64,000 nucleotides of DNA from the human T2T-CHM13v2.0 reference genome, Homo sapiens, in assembly GCF_009914755.1 (NCBI RefSeq), contig NC_060934.1; one strand, 5' to 3'. Each line of letters starts with the position of its first letter. Position 1 is the stretch's first letter. The notes under the pieces are model-generated. The model made no database searches, was not told where the DNA came from, and was given only the letters and a program-made list of their open reading frames with translations. Positions 33,181 to 48,084 of this stretch are shown piece by piece. Made by a program: the position numbers and the translations under genes.

Positions 33181-34084
33181 ATATTAAACATGTTCCAATT
33201 ACTACTCTACTTTAAACAAGAACCTTATAAATTCCTAAAATATATAAAATATAAGGAATGGTACAAATAATGCTTCACTTGTTGGAGATGAAGTGAAGAT
33301 GAAACATAAACCCTATTTATTTATCCCAATTATTCCATGTTCACATACTCACAAAAGACTATTCTGTCACAATTTAACCCTGTTCCCCAAAATCTCCTCA
33401 TAAATGCAGTTTCAAAAAGAACAAAACTATGCAAATAAACATTACACCTGTAGTTTTGTTCTGTCAAATTTGGGAATGAAACGTCTCTGGTGAAAAGAAA
33501 TAAACGGTTAGCCATTTTTAATTTCAAAAATGATCAGTCATTCACTATTCATGTCTCATGTGAACTACATAATGTCAACGCTGTCACGAAAGCACGGTAG
33601 AAAAAAGAGATCCTCTCAGCTTCAATTTAGTAGAGGGAAAAGTTCCTGGAATATGTTTTTCCTCCCTCTGGAGCACTTCAGTTTTGCAAAACATGTATTT
33701 TATAATTCTTATTTTGTATTCAACAATAGTGCTCTCTCTGGCTTTCAGAGTTTTTCCAGTTTCTCTGATATTTCAAAAAGTTATGGTGTTGTCATTTTAT
33801 AGTTTAACATGAGTGGTTCTCACTTCATTCAAAAGAAACAGGATACCTTGAAAACGATGTGGCCAACCTCTAGAAATGAAAATTATTATTGCTTAATAAT
33901 AGTAATACCTAATATATGCAGGGGCAGAAGCCTGGTTGAGCATGTATATACATCAATCATTTAATTCTCATAGCCCTTACATGGCCAAACTAAGTCTTGG
34001 AGATATTAAGAATTTTTTCTACAGTAATACAAAATTAAATTTCTGGAAGTCTGGCACATTTTGTCAATCCTGAAGAATACAGAA

Positions 34085-34300
34085 TAAACGTTTATTTATT
34101 CACCTATTCAATTATTCAACAAATGTTTCCTGGCAGACTAGTAAGTAGCAGGCTTAGAGTTAGACATGAGAATACAAACTGAAATAAGTTTTGATTCCTG
34201 TCCTCAAGGACCTTACATTCTAGTTTGGAAGAGAGACTATTAAATAAACCTACAGTGTTAAGATAGATACTTACAGCCCCAGGTAGTGGTATAGGATCCC
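34085..34300 (-). mobile_element. L2 3' fragment
   Basis: 'attcaacaaatgtttc...cctgtcctcaaggaccttacattctag'. Confidence 0.6.
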
Positions 34301-36441
34301 TGAAGAGTATGAAATTGAAACTATTTTCTTCTAATTAATAAACATTTATAACAGTAACAGAGTAGAAAACACTTGGCAAGCCTATCTGAATAATAATTAT
34401 TCTGTCTTTATGGTACCAACATAAAATAAGGGTAAAAAGCATAACATTTAAAAAAAAGTAATTATGTAATATAGTAATTTCAAAAACGTTCATGGAATTG
34501 AGCTTTTACTTAGGATTCGTGTAGGTGCAACCAAATTGCAACTATGCTCACTTAAGGGTCCCAGTTTGCAACAATGATTCAAAAGCTCAATTCTGATCAT
34601 AGCTATATCAAAAGATTGTTGGTGTTTCCAGGGGCAAAACTGAGTCTGATAAATATATACTCAATAACTGAAATAAATAGATTCAGTATTTCAATGGAAT
34701 GACTGGCATCCACTTTCTATCTAATGAAAGGCCAATATCAATTATTAAACGCTAAAAATTACTACTGGGAGTGCAAAACTGAAAACCTCTTCCAAAGAAA
34801 TATGAAATTTAAATCTGGCAATTTTATTTAAAAGAGCTTCAAAGTGTAAAAACAGAGCTTTCTCTTTACATAAATACTTACGATAAGTAATTTATCTTCT
34901 TTATAGAACAGACAACAGACCAAGACAACTTTTCGCACCTTGGTGGATGCGCTCTGAATGCCAAGCCAGGCACCACAGTCATTACTACCAAAGGGGAAGT
35001 AATAAATTTACTGTCTATACGAAGACTTTCAGGTCTGTCCCATGTAGGTGAAAAATAGCGCGACTTTTAATCTCTCATCATTAACGCCATTAAACTCTAT
35101 ATTAAATTCTGTGCTGATGAAAATTTTTTTTAAATGTATGTTAGTATTGTGTTTCCTTACACTCATTTATTACAGAGTGTTATGGTTTCTATTTGCAATT
35201 CTGTCTTTTCTATAAAATTTTCAGTTTCTTGAGAGCAAAAACTGGTTGCCACAATGACCAGTATATAGTTGGTGCTAAAAACACATATGTTGAATAAAAT
35301 TGAATACATATTCCTAATTTCAAAGTAATTGTACATGTTACAATGTACTTAAAAAACAGAAAAATTGCCAGTTTCACATTCACTATCTTTATTGATGGGT
35401 TCAAGTCTATGAAATTTTTGCCTATCATATATCCCAAAGCACAATAAAGCAGTTTCAAAGACATTTTAACACACTTAAGAAAAGGAGCTTCTGAATTAAA
35501 GCCCACCACTTTCATATTAACATTAATACATTTTGATTCCATATAGTCACAATAGAGTTTATAAGACTTGTCCAAATCGAAGCTGAAAAATGTTATGATG
35601 GCCATTCACTTTTAATTAAATACAAGCATTAAAAGAAATACTATTTATATTAGCAATAGAAAACAGAACTTCTAAATCACTTATAAGATTCAGGATTTTA
35701 TTTTCTTACTCTTCTAAAATAGTTCATTTAACTTTTATTTGTATTTTTCTAAAATTTATCAGCCACCAACTTACAGTGTGAGCCCACTCAGAGAAAAATT
35801 TAAATCATCAGGATAATAATTAATATTTATAAAACAAGGTATTTATAGAAAGCTTTTTTATATGTATACTATTAATTATACATGGTATTTTATCACTCTC
35901 ACTATAATAATATTTTAATTAAAACCTTGCCTTGAAAGATAATTTGGGATATCTCAAAAAAGTAAAGTTCTATATGATAAAAGAATGTTAACTATTTTCT
36001 GTAAGCAATCTTAAGCTTTTTAATTTACCAAAATAAACACATTCAATATAAGTTTCATGTGATATGTTGATTTGGAGTTTGCTAACAAAATAGTCATATA
36101 TGCATACAGTGGAAAATACATAAATTTAAAACATATCCAGATTAAGTGAAGCTTACAAATGGAGACAATTCATATATATTTATCATTGTTAGATAAATTA
36201 GTAATTAGTACATTGTGCATTCTAGAAAAACAAAAAGCATATTCTTTGTCTAGGTTCAATAATAGTCATCTGAAATATGCTCTGTACCTGTGGATGAAAT
36301 AAGTAAAAGAACATAAAATGTATGAATAAATAGGGTGAAATTTACAGAGACTACTTTTGCTGTCTTGTGATTCGGTCATTTATGAGTGTTAAGGATTTTT
36401 CTCAGTACAGTTCAGAATATTAATCAATGCCTTCTACTTAC

Positions 36442-36558
36442 AGGAGGGTCTGCATCTTCAGCATAAACTGTTGTGATAGGTGTACCCTTGACTGCATCCG
36501 GAGCCACCATCCCTTTGTATATTCGTTTACTAAAGACAGGAGGATAATCATTCATATC
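36442..36558 (-). CDS. PCDH15: PCDH15 coding exon, 117 nt, phase 0/0 (probably exon 21): [39 protein letters not shown]
   Basis: Not in the ORF track; read manually. Acceptor ttttacag|GAT, donor CCT|gtaagt; DxND linker and DAD motif. Confidence 0.96.
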
Positions 36559-39500
36559 CTGTAAAACACAATTAGGAGTTTAGTACTTCAGTTGAAACCA
36601 GGTTAGGGATACAGTTACTAGATTGACTCCCAGTCTTCATATCACACAACTTATTTACCACTGTCAGCCTTCCATCCTCTCAATTCCATTACTCTCATTT
36701 CAGACTGGCACCTCAGAGGAAACTGCCAGAGTTCTCATACAATATTAATGTGTGGATATCAACTGAAGGCCGTTCCACTGGAATAAAGTCTTTCACCCTC
36801 AAAAACATGCCTTTTGGAGACTGAAGTGACCCTGGAATTTTTTTCTAACTTCTAATGGTAAGAGGTAAAATTTTAACATTTGAAAATAAGAACAAGTTTC
36901 TTTAAAAGCTACATTCTGTGAAGCAGGCGTAAAAGATTTTTTTTAAATGCTCTTTATATGTTTTTATAGCAATGTAAATTATTTTATATACTTAGCATAA
37001 TACTGACTAGAACATTTCAGATACAAACTGTGAAATATCCTTTGTTGCCATTTTACATGATAAAAGGAGATTTTCTCTGCAGCGCACTAAAATAATGACA
37101 CTTAAGATTAGATATATTTATACACAGAAAACAATGTTAATTTACTGAATTTTTTTCAGAGCAACTTATATGTATCTTATTTTTCCAATTTGGCGCTATA
37201 TATGCATTGTTATTCATGCATTGTCAAGTTCATTAAATAAATAGTTATCAGGTATTTCCCACTTTCATCAGATATTTAGCACTTCAGTGCGAGGCACTGA
37301 AGATACTGTTGTGACTCAAGAAAAAGATGTCCCTGTCTTTGTGTCACTTAACTGCCATTAGGCTAGTAAAAATACTAATCTGCAGAAAGGCTAGTAACTT
37401 TGACTAAATTAATCTACTTATCAGGGCCAAAATAATAAATCAAGTCCCCTGAAAGGAAGACCATATTTTTCTGAATCATTTTATCTTTTAGAGATAATTG
37501 TATATAATCTTTTGTCAATAAATAATGCTTATTCATATGGCAGATTTATTTATTTATAATATTTTAATAATCCTTACCCTACCGTGTTTTGGGTAGTGTG
37601 GGTCAAACATATTTGAACTGAAACCTAAATTTGTTAATTATCTGCTCTTCTCCTCCAAGTCCCCTTTTTCTCACTTGCTAGTAAAAACAAAATTTAAAAA
37701 ATTCTACATATTCTTTGATATTTGCTTAGACACAACAATTTTCCTGTACAGTATTAAGCTGGAAACACATAAATTAACAGATCTCAAACTTCTCTTTTTG
37801 CAAAGAAGTCAGAATAATTATTTCTTACTATCAAACAATGCTTCCTTTTATATTCGCCATAGAGTTGAGTTCTGAGTAGTCAATATGAATAAACCTGCAT
37901 ATTCTAATAGGAGAACTTGAACTGTACACAAAACTGAAAAATAAAAAATATCATTTCTTCTGTTTTGAAATACAGTATTCACCATCTCTTCTATGAAAAA
38001 TATTTTTACAATAAATTATGGACTTTAGAATCTGAACAAGTAAATGAACCGAGAAGTTTTAGTTCTCTATAATGAGGACTGTGAAGGGTATTGATCTTGA
38101 GGCTCCATGCAGGGAGTAAATATATAAAACATTAGCATTCACACATTTTCGTGCCCTTTCCAAGAGTGCCAATTAACTTAATAAGTGGATGTGGTAACTA
38201 AGGGTGTGGAAATCCTTTAGCACCCCTAAATTGTAACTTCTGAAGGTTCGAAAGGAAGGAGCCCAACACTGCAATGTTTCCATGCATGAGTTTCCAATGA
38301 GCTCATTATGTTCTTAAAAATTTTATTCTTTATTTTATTCTCAGGGGAAATTTAAAACCTTAATGTCACAAGGTACTTTTTGGAAAATTTGATTCTTCAG
38401 AAACAAAAAAAATGTATATACTTTTCCAATTATGTCAACACAGCTGTTCACAGTGTTGAATATGATGAACTTTTTATTTGCTTGGGAAGTATTCATTGGA
38501 TTCACCTTCTAACTTGAATGTACAGTGATTCACAAACTGATTAGACACACACCTAAGACTGTAAATGACTGAAGCCTATGAAAAGATTGGTTCTCTTCCC
38601 CCTTTATTTTCTATTGACAGGATGAAGAATAAATTAATGTAGTTATTGTAGTAGTATTTCTTTTTATGGCACGTTGTACATACTTTGGGGTTATAATCTT
38701 TCATTGTGGTTACAAAAGCAGCTAGTTGCATATAGTTTTTCCACAATGCATTATTTCAAGAGGAGAAATGTATTGAAATGCAATTCCAACAAGCATAATC
38801 AATAGTTCACTGTATTTATGCTCAGGGACATCTGAACAAAAATGTATATAAATCGGCTTCTGTGCAAATGTTCTCTTGTGCAGTAAATTAAGGACTCGCT
38901 CAGCACTCCAAAACCATGCTCTTTTCTCTTGCCCATTATTCCACTAGAGGGTAGTATTAGCAAAAAGAAATATTTCCTCCTCTGTAGTTAAGAATTGTAT
39001 CACTAAAACCCATAATATTTGTTTCTTTTGGTAAAAATTTTTATTGGTCTCAACAAAAAATAGTTTTAATGCTTCAAAAGAGTATTCTGAATGTTATGAT
39101 TTACAACTTGAAAAACCTTATGGTTTTTTTCTTAAGGAAAACTTTAAAAAATGGTTATACTCATAAAGCCTGCAATTTGTTTCCATGTGTCAAGCAAATA
39201 AAATTATACCTGAAGGTGTAGGTAGCTAACAGGAGAAAACTATGTTTTATTTATTTATTTGCTACATTAGAGTCTGTAATAATCACAGAAACCTTTTCTC
39301 CTTTAGCAGACTACCAAGAAGATGTAAGGAATCTTTTTAATGATCATGCTAGGAAGATAAGAACTTGCTGGTAAGTTTGTAAATGTAATGACAAGTTGAA
39401 GTTCTACACACACAAAAAAAATAAAAATAAAGAGAAAAAGATGATAAAATTTTTGATTTTCTGGAATCACAGGCAAAAACCTATAGAACAGTTTTTATTT

Positions 39501-39562
39501 AGAAGATAAGTAGAAAGTTCTAACTAGTTGGAACTTGATCATCTTTTTAAAAATAACGTGTA

Positions 39563-39866
39563 GGCTGGGCACGGTGGCTCGCATCTGTAATTCCAACACT
39601 TTGGGAGGCTGAGGTGGGCGGATCACCCAAGGTCAGGAGTTCGAGACCAGCCTGGCCAACATGGCGAAACTGTGTCTCTACTAAAAATACAACAATAAGC
39701 CTGGCATGGTGGCGGGCACCTGTAATCCCAGCTACTCGAGAGGCTGAGGAAGGGAGAATTCCTTGAACCCAGGAGGCGGATGTTGCAGTGAGCCGAGATC
39801 GCGCCATTGCACTCCAGCCTGGGTGACAGAGTGATACTCAGTCTCAAAAAAAAAAAAAAAAAAAAA
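39563..39866 (+). mobile_element. AluS
   Basis: Both arms and a 21-A tail. Confidence 0.95.
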
Positions 39867-42829
39867 GATATGTATATAGCAAATGCCAGTCCTTACCATA
39901 CTAAAGCTAATTCAGGCTCTATGAGGAGACACAGACAGTATAAGCCAATGGGCGGAATGACTTTAGTTGTTTCTGTCTTATGGTCTAGCATTAGCATTAT
40001 CCTTGTTGAGCTATATGGCTGCTCTATAATGCCTTGAGGTTTATGGAGCCGATACCTACTTTTACGTGGGTGTATGGTTGATTGTTTGCCTCTTACCAGT
40101 TCTGTTTTCCACTACTAGACACTTTCTATTTGCTGTCCAAGTTGCTGTTTCTCATATTTCTCATATTATTAGCATTCTGCTGGGTTTTTTTCTCTCTCAA
40201 TTTCTGTATTGTCTCCTTGTCTTTACTGACTTATTTCCCTTCTTTTATGCTTCTGCATAAAAAGTCATAAAAGGCTACATCTGCAGCTAAAGAAAATATT
40301 TGATATTTTTACTGCCAGGCTAGGCATATTCACCACAAGCTGATTTAAGAGGCCATGGGCCATAAGTGAACATTGGTGGTAGCCTGGCAGTACTCCCCAA
40401 GGGTCTTTGATAGTGGCACAGGGTAAGGCTCCTCTGCTTGTGGAGAAGGACTGTTTCTCATAGGTTGAGTGCCTGCTCAGCCACAGTACACAAGAACACA
40501 AGGTAGAATTCTAAGGTTTTGACTTCCAGACGGTAACTTTGAACCTGTTCAGGGCCTGGGAGATTTTTGCCACCCTGAAGGGAAAGACACAGGTCTGGCT
40601 GGCTTTGCCACCTGCTGATTATAGAGACCCATGGCCTTGAACAAACTTAAGTGGTAGCCAGGGTGGTTACAGCAGGTCTTGGACAAGACCCAGTGCTGTG
40701 CTGGGTTTAGGTCTGACCCACTGCAGTCCCAGCAGTGGGGTCCACAGGGGTGCTTGTGTCACCCCAACCCCAGCTCCAGGTGGCTCCAAACAGAGACACT
40801 CTGTCTGGGAGAGAGCAAGGGAAAAGAACAGGAGTTTCTGCCTGGTAATTAAGGGAATTCTTCTGGATCTTATCCAAGACCATTAAGGTAGTAAGAGTCT
40901 GCCAAGAACCACAGTGTTACTGGGCTTGTGGTGCCTCCTAAAGCAGATACAGCTTTAGCAACACCTACATCCTTTCAAATACCTGAAAAGCTTTCCAAAT
41001 AACAAATACGAAGAAGTCCAGACTGTGAAGAATACAATAAATACCCAACGCTTAAATGCCCAGACACAGACAAACATCCACAAGCATCAATATCATCCAG
41101 GAAAACATGAAGTCACCAAATGAACTAAACAAGCCACCAGAAACCAATCCTGGGGAAACAGAGAGAGTGATCTTTCAGACAGAGAATTCAAAATAGTTGT
41201 TTTGAGAAAACTCAAAAAATTCAAGATAACACAGAGAAGAAATTTAGAATTCTATCAGATACATTTAACAAAGAGATTGAAATAATTTTAAAAATCAAGA
41301 AGAAATTCTGGAGTTGAAAAATGCAACTGACACCCTGAAGAATGCATCAGTTTTTTAATAGCAGAATTGACCAAGCAGAAGAAAGAATTAGTGAGCTTGA
41401 AGACAGCCCATTTCAAAATACACAGTCAGAGGAGGCAAGAGAAAAAAAAGAACAAAATCAATGAAACATGACTACAAGATCTAGAAAATGGCCTCAAAAG
41501 GGCAAATGTAAGTGTTATTGGCATTAAAGAGGAGACAGACAAAGAGATAAGGGTAGAAAGTTTATTAAAAGGAATAATAATGAAGAACTTCCCAAACCCA
41601 GAAAAGGATATCAATATCCAAGTACAAAAGATTATAGAACTACCAGCAGATTTAACCCAAAGAACACTAGCTCAAGTTATTTAATAATCAAACTCCCAAA
41701 GGTCAAGGATAAATAAAGGATCCTAAAGGAGTAAGAGAAAAGAAACAAATAACATACAATGGAGCTCTAATACATCTGGCAGCAGACTTTCAGCAGAAAC
41801 CTTACAGGCCAAGAGAGAGTGGCATGTCATACTTAAAGTGCTGAAGGACAAAAAAAATTCCTAGAAGAGTATATCTGGTTAAAATATCCTTCAAACAGGA
41901 AGGAGAAATAAAGACTTTCCCAGACAAATAAAAGCTGAGGGATTTCATCAACACCAGACCTGTCCTATAAGAAATTCTAAAGAAAGTTCTTCAATAAAAA
42001 AAGAAAGTTCGTGAGTAATAAGAAATCATCTGAAGATACAAAACTCACTGGTAATAGTATGTACACAGGAAACACAGAGTATTATAACACTGTAACTGTG
42101 GTGGTGTATAAAATATTCTTATGTTAAGTAGAAAGACTAAATTATGAAACAAAAATAACTACAATCACTTTTCAAGACATAGTAAAATAAGGTATAAATA
42201 GAAACAATAAAAACTTAAAAAGCATGGAGATGAAGTATAGAGTTTTTATTAGTTATTTTTTCTTGTCTGTTTATGCAAACAGTGTTGTTATCAGCTTAAA
42301 TAAAGGGTTGTATGATAGTATTTGCAAGCTTGATGATAACCTCAAACCAAAAAATGTACAATAGATACATAAAAAATAAAAAGTCAACAAAATCAAAGCA
42401 CCAGAGTATACTACCTTCACTTAAAGGAAGACAGGAAGGAAAGAAAGAAAGAAGACAAACCATAAGACAACCAGAAAGCAAATAACAAAATGGAAGCAAT
42501 AGGTCCTTAGTTATAAAAAATAACATTGAATGTAAAGGGATTAAGCTCTCTAATCAAATGACATAGAGTGGATGAACGGATTAAAGAAAAAAAAGACAAA
42601 ATGATCTGTTGCCTACAAGAAACACACTTCACCTATAAAGACACACATAGACTGAAAATAAACACATGGAAAAATATATTCCATGCTAATGGAAACCAAT
42701 AAACAGCAGGAATATCTGCAATTACAGGAAACAAAACAGATTTCAAGACAAAAACTACACAGAGAGACAAAGAAGGTCACTATATAATGATAAATGTATC
42801 AATTTATCAGGAAGATATAACAATTGTAA

Positions 42830-42958
42830 ATATATATACATATATGTATATATATACATGTATATATATACATATATGTATATATACATGTGTATACATA
42901 CATATGTATTCAGTGTGTGTGTGTATATATATATACACATACACACACACATATATAT
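42830..42958. repeat. (TA/CA/TG)n compound microsatellite inside L1 ORF2
   Basis: Direct reading; expanded from the L1 'aaatatatat' seed. Confidence 0.9.
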
Positions 42959-43469
42959 TTTCAACATTGGAGAGCTCAAATATATAAAGCGAATATTATT
43001 AAAGCTAAAGAGCCAGATACATCCCCAAACAAAAATAGCTGGAAACTTCAACATCCCACTTTCAGCACTGGACAGATCTTCCAGAAAGAAAATCAACAAA
43101 GAAACATCAGACCTAATCTCCACTGTAGAACAAATGGATCTAACAGTTACTCATAGAGCATTTCATCCAACACCTGCAGAATACACATTCTCCTCAGCAC
43201 ATGGATCATTCTCAAATACAGGCCATACCTTAGGTCACAAAACAAGTCTTAACACATTAAAAACTTTGAAATAATATCAAGTATCTTCTCTGACCACAAC
43301 AGAATAAAACTAAAAATCAATAACAACATAAATTTTGGAAATTATACTAACACATGGAAATTAAACAATACATTACTGAATAACCAGGGGTCAATGAGGA
43401 AATTGATAAGAAAATTGAAAACTTTTTTGACCAAATGATAATGAAAATACAAAGTATCAAAACCAATAG

Positions 43470-43878
43470 TGAGGTGTGGAGTTGGCAGGACTTCCTGGGT
43501 TGATTTGGGGACTTTCACAAAAGACCCCTGTGACTCAGGGTTTTGAGTTCTTAATCAATAAAGTGAAGGATTCAAAGTTAACCACTCCAAGGGAGGATTG
43601 AAAAAAGAGCCACTCTCAATGGACAAAAAGAAAGAAAGGGGAGGGGGTAACACAGGGATATAAGTCCTAGCCACCACAGCCAGCAGTGGCAACCCTTCCA
43701 GGTCCCCTTCCACCATGTGGAAGCTTCCCTTTCGCTTTGTTCAATAAACTGTGCTGCTGCTCACTCTCCTGGTCTGTGGACTCTTTTTGAGTTGTAACAC
43801 TCACTGTGAAGGTCCGCAGCTTCATTCTTCGAAGTTAGCAAGACCACGAATCCATCAGCAGGAAAAACTCTTGATTCA
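43470..43878 (+). mobile_element. ERV1 solo LTR of the ERV9/HERV-W-related group, nested in L1
   Basis: TG...CA ends, 409 bp, exact 4-bp TSD atag, AATAAA, R/U5 similar to the LTR12 at 32720-32900. Confidence 0.88.
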
Positions 43879-45187
43879 ATAGGATATACTGAAATTTTTA
43901 CTACGTGGGAAATTTATAGCTATAAGTGCCTACATCATGAAAGGAAAAAAACTTCAACTAAACAAAACAACCTAATGATGCATCTTTAAAAACTAGAAAA
44001 GCAAGAGCAGGCTGAAGCCAAAATTAGTAGAAGAAAATAAATAATAAAGATCAGAGCAGAAATAAATGGATTTGAAATGAAGAAAACAATAAAAAGATCA
44101 ATGAAACAGAAAGTTTGTTTTTTTAAAAAGTTATATAAAATTGACAAACCTTTAGCCAGACTAACTAAAAAAGAAGAGAGAAGACCCAAATAAATAAAGT
44201 CAGATATGAAAAAGAAAACATTACAACTAATACTGCAGAGATTCAAGGGATCATTAGTGGCTACTATGAACAAACATATGTCAATAAATTGGAAAATCAA
44301 GAAGAAACAAATAAATTCCTAGACACACACAACCCATCAAGATTGAACTATGAAGAAATCCAAAACATTGAACAAACTAGTATCAAGTAACAAGATATAG
44401 CAAATAACAAGTATCAAGCTGTAATGAAAAGTCACCTAGCAAAGGAAAAGCCAGAACCTGATGGTTTTGCTACTGAATTCTACCAAATATTTAAAGAAGT
44501 ACTAATACTAATCTTACTCAAACTATTCCAAAAAAAAAAAAAAAAAAAAAAAAACAGGAGGAGGGAATACTTTCAAACTCATTCTATAAAGACAATAATA
44601 CTGATACCAAAGCTAGACAAAGAGACATCCAAAAAAGAAACTATAGGCAATCTCCTTGATGAATATTGATGCAAAATTCCTCAACAAAATAATAACAAAG
44701 AAATTCAACATCGTATTTAAAAGATCATTAATCATGACCAAATAAGATTTATCTCAGGGATACTAGGATGGTTCAATATATTCAAATCAATCAATGTGAT
44801 ATATCATCAACAGAATGAAAGAGAAAAACCATATGATCATTTCAATTGATTCTGAAAAAGCATTTAATAAAATTCAATGCTCTTTCATGATAAAAACCCT
44901 CAAAAACTGGGTGTAGATGGAACATACCTCAACATAATAAAAGTGATATATGACAAACCCGTAGCTACTCCCATACTGAATGAGGAAAAACTGAAAGCCT
45001 TTCCTGTACGATCTGGGACACAACCAGGATGCCCACTATCACCACTGTTATTCAATATAGTACTGGAAGTCTTAGCAAGAACAATCAGAAAAGAAAACAA
45101 AATAATGATCATCTAAATTGGAAAGGAAGAAGTCAAATTATCCTTGTTTGCAAATGATAAAATCTAACACTTGGAAAAACCTAAAGA

Positions 45188-45189
<2 letters not shown>

Positions 45190-45220
<31 letters not shown>

Positions 45221-45225
45221 ACACA
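45190..45225. repeat. (CA)n microsatellite
   Basis: Direct reading. Confidence 0.92.
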
Positions 45226-48084
45226 AAGTATTAGAACTGATAAATTTAGTAAAGTTGCAAGATACAAAATCAACACAGAAAAATCAGTAGCATTTCTATA
45301 TGCCAACAGTGAACAATCCGCAAAAGAAATCAATAAAGTAATCCCATGTAAAACAGCTACAATTAAAATAAAATACCTAGGAATTAACCAAGGAAGTGAA
45401 AGTTCTCTGCAATGGAAACTATAAAACATGGATTCAAGAAAATGAAGAGAACACAAAAGAATGAAAAGATATCTCATGGTCATGGATTGCAATAATCAAT
45501 ATTGTTAAAATGTCCATACTACTCAAAGCGTTCTACAGATTCAATGCAATCCCTGTCAAATACCAATGACATTCTTCAAAGAAACAGAAAAAAAATTCTA
45601 AACTGTGTATGGAAGTACAAAAGACCTAGATAGCCAAAGCTATATTAAACAAAAGGAAAAAAAAAAACACCTGGAGGAATCACATTATCTGACTTTAAAT
45701 AATATTACAGAGCTATAGTAAACAAAATAGGATGGTACTGGCATAAAAAAAAAAAACACACATATATCCATGGAACAGAATTGAGAACCCAGAAATAAAT
45801 TTACACAACTACAGCAAAGTCAATTTTGACAAAAGTGCCAGGAATGTAACCAGGGAAAGGACAGTCTCTTCAATAAATGATGCCAGGAAAACTGGATATC
45901 CATATGCAAAAGAAGAAATTAGGCCCCATCTCATGCCATATACAAAAATCAAATCAAAATTGATTAAAGATATGAATCTAAGACCTCAAACTATGAAATG
46001 ACTGAAAGAAAACATGCGGAAACTCTCCAGGAGATAGGACTAGGCAAAGATTTCTTGAGTAATACCTCACAAGCACAGGCAACCAAAGAAAAATGAACAA
46101 ATGGGATCACATCAACTTAAAAAGCTTCTGCACATCAAAGGAAAGAATCAACAAAGTAAAGAGACAACCCACAGGGTGAGCGCAAATATTTGCCAACTAC
46201 CCATCTGACAAGGAATTAAACAGAATATATAAGCAGTTCAAACAACTTTGTAAGAAAATATCTAGTAATCTGATTTTAAAATGGGCAAAAGTTCTAAACA
46301 AAAATTTCTCAAAAGAAGACATACAAGTGATAAACCGGTATATAAAAAGGTGCTCAACATCATTGATCATCAGAGAAATGCAAATCAAACTTACAATGAG
46401 ACACCATCTTACACCAGGTAGAATGGCTTTTATCTAAAAGTCAGGCAATGGCAAATGCTAATAAGGATGTGGAGAAAAGGAACCCTCACACACTGATGGT
46501 GGGAATGCAAATTAGTACAACCACTATGGAGAACAGTATGGAAGTTCCTATAAAACTAAAAATAGAGCTATCATACGATCCAGAAATCCCACTACTAGAT
46601 ACATGGCCAAAAGAAAGGAAATCAGTATATGAAAGAAATATCTGCACTCCCATGTTTATTGCAGCACTATTTACCATGGCCAAGATTTGGAAGCAACCTA
46701 AGTGTCCATCAACAGAATAATGGAGAAAGAAAATGTGGTACAGGTACACAAGGGAGTACTATTTAACCATAAAGAAGAATGAGATCCTATAATGTGCAAC
46801 GACATAATCAATGAAGGTTAAAAGTATATGAGAGAGGCACTTTCTGGTGTCTCCCAGAAACCAGTGGGTGATATTTATGGAGCCATGGGAGAGATTCTTT
46901 ACTACGTAGATATACTATTTTTAATCCTGGACATGCACATTTTCTTTGTTTTCTCTGGTTTGGATTTTTATAGGAAATATGTTATATCTTAGTCCTAAAA
47001 CTCTAGAATAGTAGAATTAAAGATATTTTCTCCTGCTATCACCAAGTTCACTGACAAATATAATATAAAGAACACACCAATAGGAATCTGAAAATGCGGA
47101 CTAGAAGAGAGGGAAACATTTGAAAGCCATACTTCAAAGCAACCCCAACAGAACAATTAGCAAGTTGTAAAAAACAATATTAAATCTGACCATACACCAA
47201 CTAGCTGGTTCACAGAAATTATCATTTATTCAAATTCCCACCTCCAGACAATACCTCTTACCTCCATACAATAGGTATGCTGTAGATGAAATGTCCAGAA
47301 TTTCTGTTTTGTTTGAGTCTGGGACAACCTCCTGGTCTCTCAAGCATCAGCTTTTCTGATGAAATCAAAAGCAGGACCCTATCAACACTGTCATGATGGA
47401 GCATCAGTAGCACGTAACTGCCTCTCAGGTGTCCACGGTTTCACAAATGCTGCCTTGGTACTGGGCACTGAGTTTTCATCTAGAAAAGCTATCCTTTTTC
47501 TTCTATTCTATGGGGTAGCAATATTTCTTTCTGGAGAAGAAAACTCCTCTGAAAGGTGGAAATCTTAGCTTCATTTTCCAAGACTCACTGTGTTTAACAA
47601 CAACCTCAGCCGTTGTTACAAGGTGAACCTGATGATACTTCATTTCTCGTCATTTCACCCCTCCCTGCCTACTCCCACACCTGCACACTAAGACAGGCAA
47701 ACACAACCAAGGGTCAATCTAGTCTCCCGTCTTCACAGAAGCATGTCTCCCTCTCTCCTACTCCCATGCAGCCATTCTATCCAAAATTATAATGAGCAAA
47801 ATGACTTGGGTCATCTGTTTATCTCAGACAAGTTCTTTATACTCCTTATAATGCTGCTTAGTATAATATATCCATTTACATATTCAGCTTTTCAGATTCA
47901 TATTCAGTTTTCAGTTTGCTGTAGAACAGCCCTTTTCTTTCTGTGTATTTTCTATATTATGTTACAACGCAGACTCTAAGACCAGGTTTCTATTATAACT
48001 TAGTTTGTAAGGCTAGTTATCACTCTGGATCTTTTAAAATTGTTTAGAATTTTATTTTCACTTTCCAGAGATTTGCTTATATCA

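Larger units (their letters stand above)
40290..46805 (+). mobile_element. Long degenerate L1 (L1MA/L1PB-age) with 5' UTR part, ORF1 and ORF2 remnants, 3'-truncated
   Basis: ORF2-like translations at 42858, 44424, 44877, 46448; interrupted by microsatellites and an LTR; left boundary approximate. Confidence 0.88.
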
